This document shows, piece by piece, positions 16,403 through 24,057 of a DNA stretch of 37,432 nt. The notes below the pieces were generated by a model that saw nothing but the letters and a program-made list of their open reading frames with translations, was not told the origin of the DNA and searched no databases. Numbering within the stretch: position 1 is the stretch's first letter; each line of letters begins with the position of its first letter. This DNA is from an uncultured Candidatus Saccharibacteria bacterium (GTDB lineage: Bacteria; Patescibacteriota; Minisyncoccia; Phycocordibacterales; UBA12088): assembly GCA_964567265.1 (NCBI GenBank), contig CAZMLK010000002.1:204813-242244 (forward strand), in the 5' to 3' direction. The position numbers were made by a program, and so were the translations under genes.

Positions 16403-16492
16403 TGGCGGAGACGGCGGGATTCGAACCCGCGAGAGCTTTTACACCCTACCTCGTTAGCAGTGAGGCGCTTTCGGCCACTCAGCCACGTCTCC
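16403..16492 (-). tRNA. tRNA-Ser (anticodon GCU), CCA encoded
   Basis: The 90-nt reverse complement has a long variable arm and anticodon loop CU-GCU-AA. Sequence: GGAGACGTGGCTGAGTGGCCGAAAGCGCCTCACTGCTAACGAGGTAGGGTGTAAAAGCTCTCGCGGGTTCGAATCCCGCCGTCTCCGCCA. Confidence 0.92.
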
Positions 16493-16552
16493 ATATTTCG
16501 ATGCGGCAGTGAGGCAAAAGTACCATATCTAGAGCGATATTTCCATTCCACA

Positions 16553-16582
16553 GAAGAGAGCGGGCATTCGCCCGCTCTCTTC
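16553..16582. terminator. terminator hairpin downstream of the VOC gene
   Basis: GAAGAGAGCGGGC-ATTC-GCCCGCTCTCTTC, a 13-bp perfect stem. Confidence 0.7.
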
Positions 16583-16609
16583 GTAATACACCCGTCATTT
16601 TCGAAACTT

Positions 16610-17488
16610 TTATTTCCCAAACGCCTCCTCAAGCGCCTTGATGTCGAACTTCTTCATCTTGAGGAACGCCTGCGTCACGCGGTCGATTTTTTCCTGGTCT
16701 CCACTCGCCATCATCTCGTTCATGACCGAGGGCACGATCTGCCAGGACACACCGTACTTGTCTTTGAGCCAGCCGCATTGCTCTGCTTCTGGGACCGCGG
16801 AAAGCTTCTCCCAATAGTGATCAATCTCTTCCTGGGTATCGCAGTTCACCATGAATGAGATCGCTTCACTGAAGCCGAATTCGTGCGGACCGGAACTATC
16901 CATCGCCATGAACAGCTGGCCGTTCAAGATAAACCGGGAGTGCTTGATGAATCCTTCCGTGTCACCGTCATCCTTCGTGTAGTGAACGAGCATCTCTGTC
17001 TTCGAATTCGGGAAGATGCTGGTGTAGTCCGTAATAGCTTCCTTCGCTTTCCCTGCAATGGCTTTCGTGAACATGAGGAACGGAGTGATCTTCTGCTCCA
17101 GCTGGTGGTTCTCGCTCCATGACAACTGCCAGGATACGCCATATTTATCCTGGAGCCAGCCATATTTGTGGGCCCACGGATAGGTGTCGTAGGGCATCAG
17201 GGCTTTGCCGCCGTCGATAAGCTTGTTCCAGACTTCCTCGATGTCCTTCTCGTTGTCGAAGACGACAAAGAGCGATATTGCCGGAGTGTGCTTGAAATAC
17301 GGCCCGGCGCTTATAGACATGAACTCCTGCCCCGCGAGCGTGAAGGTGACGACATCGCAGTCGCCGGACGGCGTGCCTGTGATCGTCCTGATATTGTCGA
17401 TTTTCGAACCGGGGAACAGCCTCGTATAAAAGGTCGAAGCTTCTTTTGCCTCCTTGTCGAACCAAAGATGTGGAACTATTTTTTTCAT
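16610..17488 (-). CDS. tandem VOC/PhnB-like protein (3-demethylubiquinone-9 3-methyltransferase-like domain, x2)
   Basis: 292 aa. MKKIVPHLWFDKEAKEASTFYTRLFPGSKI is typical of the PF06983-type fold. The second half repeats it (ITPFLMFTKAIAGKAKEAITDY...), and both halves carry the WLKDKYGVSWQ / WLQDKYGVSWQ motif. Confidence 0.88.
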   Translation of the reverse strand: MKKIVPHLWFDKEAKEASTFYTRLFPGSKIDNIRTITGTPSGDCDVVTFTLAGQEFMSISAGPYFKHTPAISLFVVFDNEKDIEEVWNKLIDGGKALMPYDTYPWAHKYGWLQDKYGVSWQLSWSENHQLEQKITPFLMFTKAIAGKAKEAITDYTSIFPNSKTEMLVHYTKDDGDTEGFIKHSRFILNGQLFMAMDSSGPHEFGFSEAISFMVNCDTQEEIDHYWEKLSAVPEAEQCGWLKDKYGVSWQIVPSVMNEMMASGDQEKIDRVTQAFLKMKKFDIKALEEAFGK

Positions 17489-17494
17489 GCATTC

Positions 17495-17503
17495 ATGTTA
17501 CCA
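17495..17503 (-). promoter_or_regulatory. extended -10 TGGTAACAT exactly 6 nt before ATG 17488 (leaderless-type)
   Basis: The minus strand reads TGGTAACAT-gaatgc-ATG. Confidence 0.5.
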
Positions 17504-17586
17504 CTTCTCGAAGTGAACACAGTGTGAGTGGCCAAAAACCTCGCTGGGTAGAGCTCCCGGAAGGGTAAGGGGTGGCGCGGGCAAGC

Positions 17587-17615
17587 TTGACATACTACCA
17601 TATATATGGTATTCT
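17587..17615 (+). promoter_or_regulatory. canonical sigma70-like promoter TTGACA-N17-TATTCT with an embedded 16-bp perfect palindrome
   Basis: TTGACA at 17587-17592 and TATTCT at 17610-17615. The palindrome TACCATATATATGGTA at 17596-17611 fills the spacer and overlaps the -10 box. Confidence 0.5.
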
Positions 17616-17656
17616 CTCCCGAGAAAATAACCCACCCAAAATGAAAGGGTAGTCCT

Positions 17657-18178
17657 ATGGCACTCCATCAAATTGCCCGAGTGACTGGAGCAGTTGATGT
17701 CGCCCGGGAAATAAACCGGGCGTATGTCGAAATCGAAGACGCAAAGGTGATTCTAAAGGGTGTCCGAAAAGATATCCCAAGATTGGTTGAAGCCCGGCTA
17801 TACTGCTGGGCGCGCCAAATCATGAGGTTTGGCATCGAATTGGAGCATCTTTCAGCACTTCAGATCCTTGCCGCAATATTCCTAGTAAATTTTGTCTTTC
17901 ATCAATCGAAAGATAAGGTAGAGCGGATCGCGGCAGCGAAGTGTAAGTTGGTACTTCAAGCCTACGTTATAGTACGACACTCTGATCGTGTGCGAATTAC
18001 GCCCCAGAAGACGGGCCCGTATGCTGGAACGCACGAGATTGCAGCGGGTGTGTGGACATCACATATCCCAAACGCTTTGTTCAAAAAGGTGCTGCAAACA
18101 CAGCATCCATGCCCCCAAGCAAGGGGTAAGGAAAAAAGAGTCCAGCGCAAACGCGCAGGTGCTCAAAATGCCGCCTAA
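17657..18178 (+). CDS. hypothetical protein (possible N-terminal HTH)
   Basis: 173 aa, bracketed by a canonical promoter and a rho-independent terminator. By eye the GC content is lower than the surroundings. LHQIARVTGAVDVAREINRAY looks HTH-like. No family was recognised. Confidence 0.5.
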   Translation: MALHQIARVTGAVDVAREINRAYVEIEDAKVILKGVRKDIPRLVEARLYCWARQIMRFGIELEHLSALQILAAIFLVNFVFHQSKDKVERIAAAKCKLVLQAYVIVRHSDRVRITPQKTGPYAGTHEIAAGVWTSHIPNALFKKVLQTQHPCPQARGKEKRVQRKRAGAQNAA

Positions 18179-18197
18179 CACGCGGCATTTTCTTTTT
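18165..18197 (+). terminator. rho-independent terminator
   Basis: AAAATGCCGC-ctaacac-GCGGCATTTT followed by CTTTTT. The TAA stop lies in the loop. Confidence 0.8.
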
Positions 18198-18215
18198 GTG
18201 GAAACCTAGTTTCGG

Positions 18216-18875
18216 TTAGTGTGCAATCGCAATCGCGTAGACTTTTTTCGCTCCCGCATCGAGGAGTGCCTTCCGCGCGGCTTCGATGGTCGCGCCCGTC
18301 GTCACGACGTCATCGATGAGCACGATGGTCTTGCCGTTGACCGCTTCCCGGTCTGGGACCGTAAACGCGCCCTTCAGGTTTTCTATACGAGCCTGCCTGG
18401 TTTCCTGGCGAGTTTGAGACGGCGTGCTCTTTGTACGCATTAATGCCGTCGGTGCCAGCACCCATGCTGGTTCTGAAATGACAAAGGCTGTGGCGATGAG
18501 CGCTGCCTGGTTATACCCCCGCTCTTTCTGGCGCGCCGGCGCGAGCGGGATCGGCACCACGAGCAAGGAATCATCATTTTGGAACGAAAGCCATTCCGAA
18601 ATGTCCTCAAGAAGCATGTCGTGCGCGATGGTGCCGAACAATTCCGCTATCTGTTTCCGCCCGCGATACTTGAGCGCCTTCACCGATGCGCTGACGAGCA
18701 GTTTCCGGTAGGGAAGGAGTGCGCGCGTATCATCGGACCAGACGCGCGCGACAGAAACATGCTGCAGGAAATCCTCGATCGATGCCGTGTCTGCCAGTAA
18801 TTCGTCATTCGTCCGCGGAAAAATCAGATCGAGCGCGCGTGCCAGAAGTCCTGTGAGTTTTTTCACAGTAATCAT
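18216..18875 (-). CDS. comFC: ComF-family phosphoribosyltransferase-like competence protein
   Basis: 219 aa. ERGYNQAALIA and the PRPP-binding loop TIVLIDDVVTTGATIEAA are typical of ComFC. The N-terminal Cys zinc finger is absent. Confidence 0.82.
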   Translation of the reverse strand: MITVKKLTGLLARALDLIFPRTNDELLADTASIEDFLQHVSVARVWSDDTRALLPYRKLLVSASVKALKYRGRKQIAELFGTIAHDMLLEDISEWLSFQNDDSLLVVPIPLAPARQKERGYNQAALIATAFVISEPAWVLAPTALMRTKSTPSQTRQETRQARIENLKGAFTVPDREAVNGKTIVLIDDVVTTGATIEAARKALLDAGAKKVYAIAIAH

Positions 18876-18881
18876 GTAAAT

Positions 18882-18916
18882 ATTCTACCGTTCCATCACG
18901 CATTGCGTGGTATACT
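18882..18916. promoter_or_regulatory. divergent comFC/pilM control region: two -10 boxes flanking a palindrome
   Basis: On the minus strand, cGGTAGAAT (18890-18882) lies 6 nt before the comFC ATG. On the plus strand, TGGTATACT (18908-18916) lies 12 nt before the pilM ATG. The palindrome CACGCA-T-TGCGTG (18897-18909) sits between them. Confidence 0.45.
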
Positions 18917-18928
18917 TCATCAAACTGT

Positions 18929-20095
18929 ATGGGGATTCTTGATACATTGAAGGGTGTACTTCCAAAAAGCGGGCTCGGCAAGGGAGGTGCAAGCGTTATC
19001 GGTATTGATATCGGCTCTTCGTCTATAAAAATCGTGCAGCTCCGGCGCGAACGCGGTGCAGCCGTGCTTGAAACCTATGGCGAATTGGCGCTTGGTCCGT
19101 ATGCAGGACTTGAGACGGGACGCGCGACGCATTTGCCGCCCGAAAAGCTCGCCGAAGCACTGAAAGACATCATGACGGAGGCCAATGTGACGACGAAGAC
19201 CTGTGGCGTCTCGATCCCGTTCTCATCCAGCCTCATCTCGCTCATCGACATGCCGTCTCTTGACCCGCGCCAATTGGCGAAGATGATCCCGATCGAGGCG
19301 CGCAAATACATCCCGGTCCCTATTTCGGAGGTCCAGCTCGACTGGTTCATCCTTCCGGAGGAGGAATCGCACTATATTTCGAGCGAAGAAGGTGAAACGG
19401 CCCAGCAGACGGCCGCTCGGGAAGAGAAAGAGGCGGCGAACCGTTCTCGCGTGCTCCTCGTAGCGATTCACAATGAAGTCCTCACCCGATACGCAGACGT
19501 CCTCAAGGCGGTCCAGCTCACCCCGAGCTTCTACGAGATCGAGATTTTCTCCACTATCCGCGCGACGCTCGACCGCGGCATCGCACCGGCCGCGATGCTC
19601 GACATCGGGGCTGCCGTGACGAAGCTTTACGTGGTTGAGTATGGCATCGTGCGCGTGTCCCATATCATCAACCGCGGCGCGCAGGACATCACGCTCGCCC
19701 TCGCGAAGTCGCTCGGCGTCTCTGTTGCGAAAGCCGAGGAAATGAAGCGTCAGGTAGGCCTCCTTGGTGCAACCATGGAAGGGGACAACAAGAAGATCTC
19801 CGATACCGCGCTCCTCGCGATGGACTATATATTCTCGGAGGCGCGCCGCGCGATCGTCGGCTACGAGAAGAAGTATTCGCGGAACCTGTCAAAGATCGTG
19901 CTCACCGGCGGCGGCGCGCTCCTCGAGGGCATCTTGCCGCTCGCACAGAAGAAATTCGAGGTCGAAGTGACGCAAGGGGACCCATTCTCTCGACTCCAGG
20001 CACCCGCATTCCTTGAGGACGTCCTTCGTTCGGTCGGTCCCGACTTCACGGTCGCGGTCGGCCTCGCACTCCGCAAGCTGCAGGAGTCCGAATAG
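18929..20095 (+). CDS. pilM: type IV pilus assembly protein PilM (actin-like ATPase fold)
   Basis: 388 aa with VIGIDIGSSSIKIVQL phosphate-1 and VLTGGGALLEG motifs. First gene of the pilMNO-type block. Confidence 0.9.
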   Translation: MGILDTLKGVLPKSGLGKGGASVIGIDIGSSSIKIVQLRRERGAAVLETYGELALGPYAGLETGRATHLPPEKLAEALKDIMTEANVTTKTCGVSIPFSSSLISLIDMPSLDPRQLAKMIPIEARKYIPVPISEVQLDWFILPEEESHYISSEEGETAQQTAAREEKEAANRSRVLLVAIHNEVLTRYADVLKAVQLTPSFYEIEIFSTIRATLDRGIAPAAMLDIGAAVTKLYVVEYGIVRVSHIINRGAQDITLALAKSLGVSVAKAEEMKRQVGLLGATMEGDNKKISDTALLAMDYIFSEARRAIVGYEKKYSRNLSKIVLTGGGALLEGILPLAQKKFEVEVTQGDPFSRLQAPAFLEDVLRSVGPDFTVAVGLALRKLQESE

Positions 20096-20187
20096 GATCG
20101 TGAAGATTTCATTCTTCGCTATCAACACTTCAGCCGCTCGCTTCAATACTCCCCGAGTGTATACTAGGAGTGCATCAATCTATTTGC

Positions 20188-20868
20188 ATGGAGCCAAAGT
20201 TTCAGACATCGTTCATTCCAAAGCAATCGCTCGCGCCCTCTCCAGCGGCGCAGCGGCGGAGTGCTTCGAATAGCCGCGCCTTCGGGCTCGGTACGGTGAT
20301 CGCGATCGTCATCTTCATCGGCGCGGTATCGGCATCGGTACTCCTTTTTCTGTATGAGCAGTATCTGACGCGCTCGATCCAAAGCAATCAGGAATCCTTG
20401 GAACGCGCCCGCGAGGCATTCGAGCCGGCCCTCATCAAGGAACTCGGCCGACTGGATGATCGCATCAATGCTGCGAATATCATTTTGAACCAGCACATCG
20501 CGCCGTCTGCACTGTTCACGCTCCTTGAAAGCATCACGCTCCAGAACGTGCAGTTCACCAGTTTCAGCTATACCGGAGAGGGGACGAACGGCATGGTCGC
20601 GATCAGCCTTTCAGGAAAGGCGAAGTCTTTCCAGACCGTCGCGCTCCAGTCAGACCTCCTTGGCAGCAATAGCTACCTCAAGAACACCGTTGTGTCTGAG
20701 CTCGCGCTCGATACGTCAGGCGACGTGACGTTCCAGGTGAATGCCAACGTGGACCCGCGATTCCTGAGCTACCTCAGCAAGGTGCAGAAGAATCCGAGCG
20801 CTCCATCGGGCGCTGCTGAGACCGTCCCAGTCGAGAATCAAGCAACGAGCACCAATCCAAGCATATGA
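20188..20868 (+). CDS. pilN: PilN-like bitopic pilus alignment protein
   Basis: Short cytoplasmic N-terminus, one TM (LGTVIAIVIFIGAVSASVLLFLY), a coiled-coil and an extracytoplasmic domain. Located directly after pilM. The start could be GTG 20170 or ATG 20188. Confidence 0.65.
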   Translation: MEPKFQTSFIPKQSLAPSPAAQRRSASNSRAFGLGTVIAIVIFIGAVSASVLLFLYEQYLTRSIQSNQESLERAREAFEPALIKELGRLDDRINAANIILNQHIAPSALFTLLESITLQNVQFTSFSYTGEGTNGMVAISLSGKAKSFQTVALQSDLLGSNSYLKNTVVSELALDTSGDVTFQVNANVDPRFLSYLSKVQKNPSAPSGAAETVPVENQATSTNPSI

Positions 20869-21410
20869 AGCAGCTTTTCCTTTCACTATTCTTCCTCGGG
20901 GTCTCGATTGGCCTCTTCTTCGTATTCATAGACCCGCATTACGCGAACGTGCAGACGCTCCAGGCACAGAATGCGAGCCTCTCCCAGGCTCTCGATAAGT
21001 CACGCGAGCTCCAGGAGGTCCGCGACGGGCTTCGGGCGCGGTACAATACATTCTCGCCGACCGATCTCCAGAAGCTCACCAAACTCTTGCCTGACAATAT
21101 CGACAATATCCGCCTCATCCTCGATATAGACGCGATCGCCGTGAAGCACAGCCTCCGCGTCGAGGAATTCGGCTTCAGTGAAGGCGGGCGGACCGGACGC
21201 GCTCGTGAGGAAGGTGTGACGCAGGAGGGCCCGTACGGTTCCGTGATTTTCAAATTTTCAGTCAAATCAGACTACGACACGTTCCGCAAGTTCATGGATG
21301 ATCTTGAGAAAAGCCTCCGGATCGTTGACATCACTTCGCTCGGCGTCGTCGGTGGCGAAGGAAGCACCTATACGTTCAATGTCGCTATCCGTACCTATTG
21401 GCTCCAGTAA
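20865..21410 (+). CDS. pilO: PilO-like bitopic pilus alignment protein
   Basis: 181 aa with an ATGA overlap onto the previous gene. N-terminal TM, coiled-coil NVQTLQAQNASLSQALDKSRELQE, and a ferredoxin-like C-domain inferred from position. Confidence 0.65.
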   Translation: MKQLFLSLFFLGVSIGLFFVFIDPHYANVQTLQAQNASLSQALDKSRELQEVRDGLRARYNTFSPTDLQKLTKLLPDNIDNIRLILDIDAIAVKHSLRVEEFGFSEGGRTGRAREEGVTQEGPYGSVIFKFSVKSDYDTFRKFMDDLEKSLRIVDITSLGVVGGEGSTYTFNVAIRTYWLQ

Positions 21411-21413
21411 GCT

Positions 21414-21773
21414 ATGAACGATCTTTTCTCAAAGCACAAAAATCTCATCTATATCGGCGGCTTTTTGCTAGTCGTCATCGGCGGCTACTATTTCTTCGGG
21501 AGCAGTATCAAGCTCGGCAGCGGCGCCACGTCACCTGCGGCTGCGTCAGAAAGCGAACAGGAACTCCTGAACGAGCTCCTTAAATTGAAGTCGCTCCAGC
21601 TAGATGAGAGTATCTTCGCCGATCCGGCCTTCAAGTCTCTTGAGGATTTCAGCCAGCCAATCGATCCGGAACCAGTCGGTCGAAAGAATCCATTCATGCC
21701 CGCAGGAGGAGTCGCGACGCCGCCAGGAAGTACCGGAGTGAAACCCGCATCCGTGCAGGATTTCAAGAACTAG
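21414..21773 (+). CDS. small membrane-anchored pilus accessory protein (PilP-like?)
   Basis: 119 aa with an N-terminal TM (LIYIGGFLLVVIGGYYFF). The C-terminal GRKNPFMP resembles the R-x-PF motif of PilP-type proteins, but the evidence is weak. Confidence 0.5.
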   Translation: MNDLFSKHKNLIYIGGFLLVVIGGYYFFGSSIKLGSGATSPAAASESEQELLNELLKLKSLQLDESIFADPAFKSLEDFSQPIDPEPVGRKNPFMPAGGVATPPGSTGVKPASVQDFKN

Positions 21774-21841
21774 CCGTCCCTCGGCGTACCGTTTCCAGTT
21801 AAAATATTCGACGGCTCTCGAAGCGTGCCGCCCTACACACC

Positions 21842-23638
21842 ATGAACGTTTTGACACTACTCGTTGAGCGGGGCCTCATTCAGGAAAAGCAGATTCCTGA
21901 TATCGAGGCAGAAGCCGCAAAGGACGAAGTCTCGATAGAGGCCGTCCTTGCGAAGCGTGGCGTCCCGCTTGAGGAGGTGCTCAAGATCAAGGGGGAGCAT
22001 TTCAGTGTCCCTACGAAGATCATGGAGGGGAAGGATGTACCCTTCGAGGTCCTCCGGTATATCCCCGAAGAATCGGCGACCCACTACCGCTTCGTACCTC
22101 TCGGCATCGTTGACGGCGTGCTCGAGGTCGGCGTGACCGACCCCGACAACATCGAAGCGCTGGATGCGCTCAATTTCATTTCCCAAAAGGAAGATATCCC
22201 GTTCAAGGTCTATCTTATTTCTGAAAGCGACTTCGAGCGCATCCTGGGCGTATACAAAGGCCTGAAGGGAGAAGTTGGACGCGCTATTTCCGAGCTCGAG
22301 ACCGAGTTCGAGCCGGGGAAGAGCGAGGAAGAGGAAGAGCGGGAGAGCACGAAGCTCTCGGAAGATGAGATCAAGGAAGAGGCGCCGGTCACCAAGATCG
22401 TGGCTACCATCCTTCGTGACGCCGTTGAAGGTCGTGCATCCGACATCCACATCGAGCCGACCAACGAGAACGTGCGCGTGCGCTTCCGTCTCGACGGCGC
22501 GCTCCATACCTCGATCATGCTCCCGCTCAACGTCCATCGTGCCGTCGTCGCCCGCATCAAGATCCTCTCTTCGATGAAGCTCGACGAGAAGCGGAAGCCG
22601 CAGGACGGCCGTTTTTCCGCAACCATCAACACTCGAAAGGTCGACTTCCGCGTCTCGACGTTCCCCTCAAGTCACGGCGAGAAGGTCGTGATGCGTATTC
22701 TCGATCGCGAAAAAGGGACCATCACGATGGATTCCCTCGGCTTCAATGCGAAGCAGCAAGCGACGATGAAGCGCGTCGCGGACCTGCCGTACGGGCTCAT
22801 TCTCCTCACCGGCCCTACCGGTTCCGGAAAATCGACCACTCTGTACGCACTCCTCGGCGAGCTCGATCGTGAGAAGCATAACGTGATTTCCCTCGAGGAC
22901 CCTGTCGAATACGACATGGAGGGCGTGAGCCAGTCCCAGATCCGCCCTGAAATCGGCTACACCTTCGCGTCCGGCCTCCGTTCCATCCTCCGCCAGGACC
23001 CTGACATCATCATGGTGGGAGAAATCCGCGACAAGGAGACCGCACAGCTGGCGATCCAGGCATCGCTTACGGGTCACTTGGTGTTCTCGACTATCCATAC
23101 CAACACGGCGGTCGGCGTGATCCCGCGCCTCATCGACATGGGCGTCGATCCGTACCTGATCGCTCCGACCTTGGTCCTTGCCGTCGGCCAGCGCCTTGTG
23201 AGGCGCATCTGCCCGGGCTCGGGCCGGAAGATCCCGCTCGAAGGAAGCGTCAAGATGATGCTCGAGCGGCAGTTTGCCGATCTTCCAGAGCAATATAAGA
23301 AAGAAATCCCGTGGACGGATCATCTTCTCGGCATCCAGGCGACAGGGGATTGTCCCGCCGGCGTCCGTGGCCGTCTCGGCGTCTTCGAATTCTTGGAAAT
23401 GAATCCGACCTTGGAGCAGGCGATCCTCAAAGGCACCAATGAAGCGGACATTTGGAACATTGCCCGCGCAGGTGGCATGCTCACGATGCGAGAGGATGCT
23501 ATCATAAAGGCACTCGAAGGTAAGATTCCGTTCGAGGAGGTGAACGCGCTCGGAGGCGAGCTGCTGCTCGAGGCCGGGGACGAACTCCCAGCGCCCGCAG
23601 CGGCCGAAACTCCGGTCGAAGCAGATACGGAATCATAA
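21842..23638 (+). CDS. pilB: type IV pilus extension ATPase PilB (GspE family)
   Basis: 598 aa with a T2SSE_N-like N-domain, Walker A GPTGSGKSTT, Walker B region DPDIIMVGEIRD and His box TGHLVFSTIHTN. Confidence 0.95.
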   Translation: MNVLTLLVERGLIQEKQIPDIEAEAAKDEVSIEAVLAKRGVPLEEVLKIKGEHFSVPTKIMEGKDVPFEVLRYIPEESATHYRFVPLGIVDGVLEVGVTDPDNIEALDALNFISQKEDIPFKVYLISESDFERILGVYKGLKGEVGRAISELETEFEPGKSEEEEERESTKLSEDEIKEEAPVTKIVATILRDAVEGRASDIHIEPTNENVRVRFRLDGALHTSIMLPLNVHRAVVARIKILSSMKLDEKRKPQDGRFSATINTRKVDFRVSTFPSSHGEKVVMRILDREKGTITMDSLGFNAKQQATMKRVADLPYGLILLTGPTGSGKSTTLYALLGELDREKHNVISLEDPVEYDMEGVSQSQIRPEIGYTFASGLRSILRQDPDIIMVGEIRDKETAQLAIQASLTGHLVFSTIHTNTAVGVIPRLIDMGVDPYLIAPTLVLAVGQRLVRRICPGSGRKIPLEGSVKMMLERQFADLPEQYKKEIPWTDHLLGIQATGDCPAGVRGRLGVFEFLEMNPTLEQAILKGTNEADIWNIARAGGMLTMREDAIIKALEGKIPFEEVNALGGELLLEAGDELPAPAAAETPVEADTES

Positions 23639-23643
23639 CGAAT

Positions 23644-24057
23644 ATGCACGAGAAAGAAGAGAAAAAAATCCTGATCATCGACGACGATCAATTCCTCGTC
23701 GATATGTACGCGGTGAAGTTCAAAGAAGCAGGATACTCTGTCGACACCTCGCTCGAAGGGAAGGAGGCGCTCAAGAAGCTCCGTGAAAAATCGCTCTGCC
23801 CCGACATCCTGCTCATGGATGTGGTCATGCCCGAGGTGGACGGGTTCCAGATACTCGAGACCATCCGCAAGGAGAATCTCTGCGGCGATCCGATCCTGAT
23901 CGTGCTCTCGAACCAGGGGCAGGATACGGACATCCAGAAGGCGATGGAGCTCGGTGCCCACGGATACATCGTGAAGGCGAACACCATTCCCTCAGAAGTC
24001 CTCGCCAAGGTGACCGAGATTATCGAAAGCAAGGCGCTTAAAGCAACAACTGCATGA
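23644..24057 (+). CDS. single-domain response regulator (CheY/PilH-like) embedded between pilB and pilT
   Basis: 137 aa with IIDDD, phospho-acceptor context ILLMDVVMP, VLSN and YIVKA. Its stop overlaps the pilT ATG (ATGA). Confidence 0.9.
   Translation: MHEKEEKKILIIDDDQFLVDMYAVKFKEAGYSVDTSLEGKEALKKLREKSLCPDILLMDVVMPEVDGFQILETIRKENLCGDPILIVLSNQGQDTDIQKAMELGAHGYIVKANTIPSEVLAKVTEIIESKALKATTA

Noticed and set aside
16610-17488. A quinone-metabolism theme linking the '3-demethylubiquinone methyltransferase-like' protein to the AOX cluster.
   Set aside because: That domain name is a historical misnomer for a VOC/PhnB-type fold, so it is not evidence for quinone biosynthesis.
20160-20170. An internal promoter (TATACT at 20160-20165) and AGGAG (20166-20170) between pilM and the pilN-like gene.
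   Set aside because: The AGGAG lies 17 nt from ATG 20188 and overlaps GTG 20170, so the signals conflict. I cannot decide between an internal promoter, an SD or chance. It is noted only as start-site ambiguity.
21842-21920. An MshEN-type c-di-GMP binding motif at the PilB N-terminus (LLVERGLIQEKQI...).
   Set aside because: Only the second half of the 24-residue motif is approximated. The leading RLG is missing because the protein starts there.
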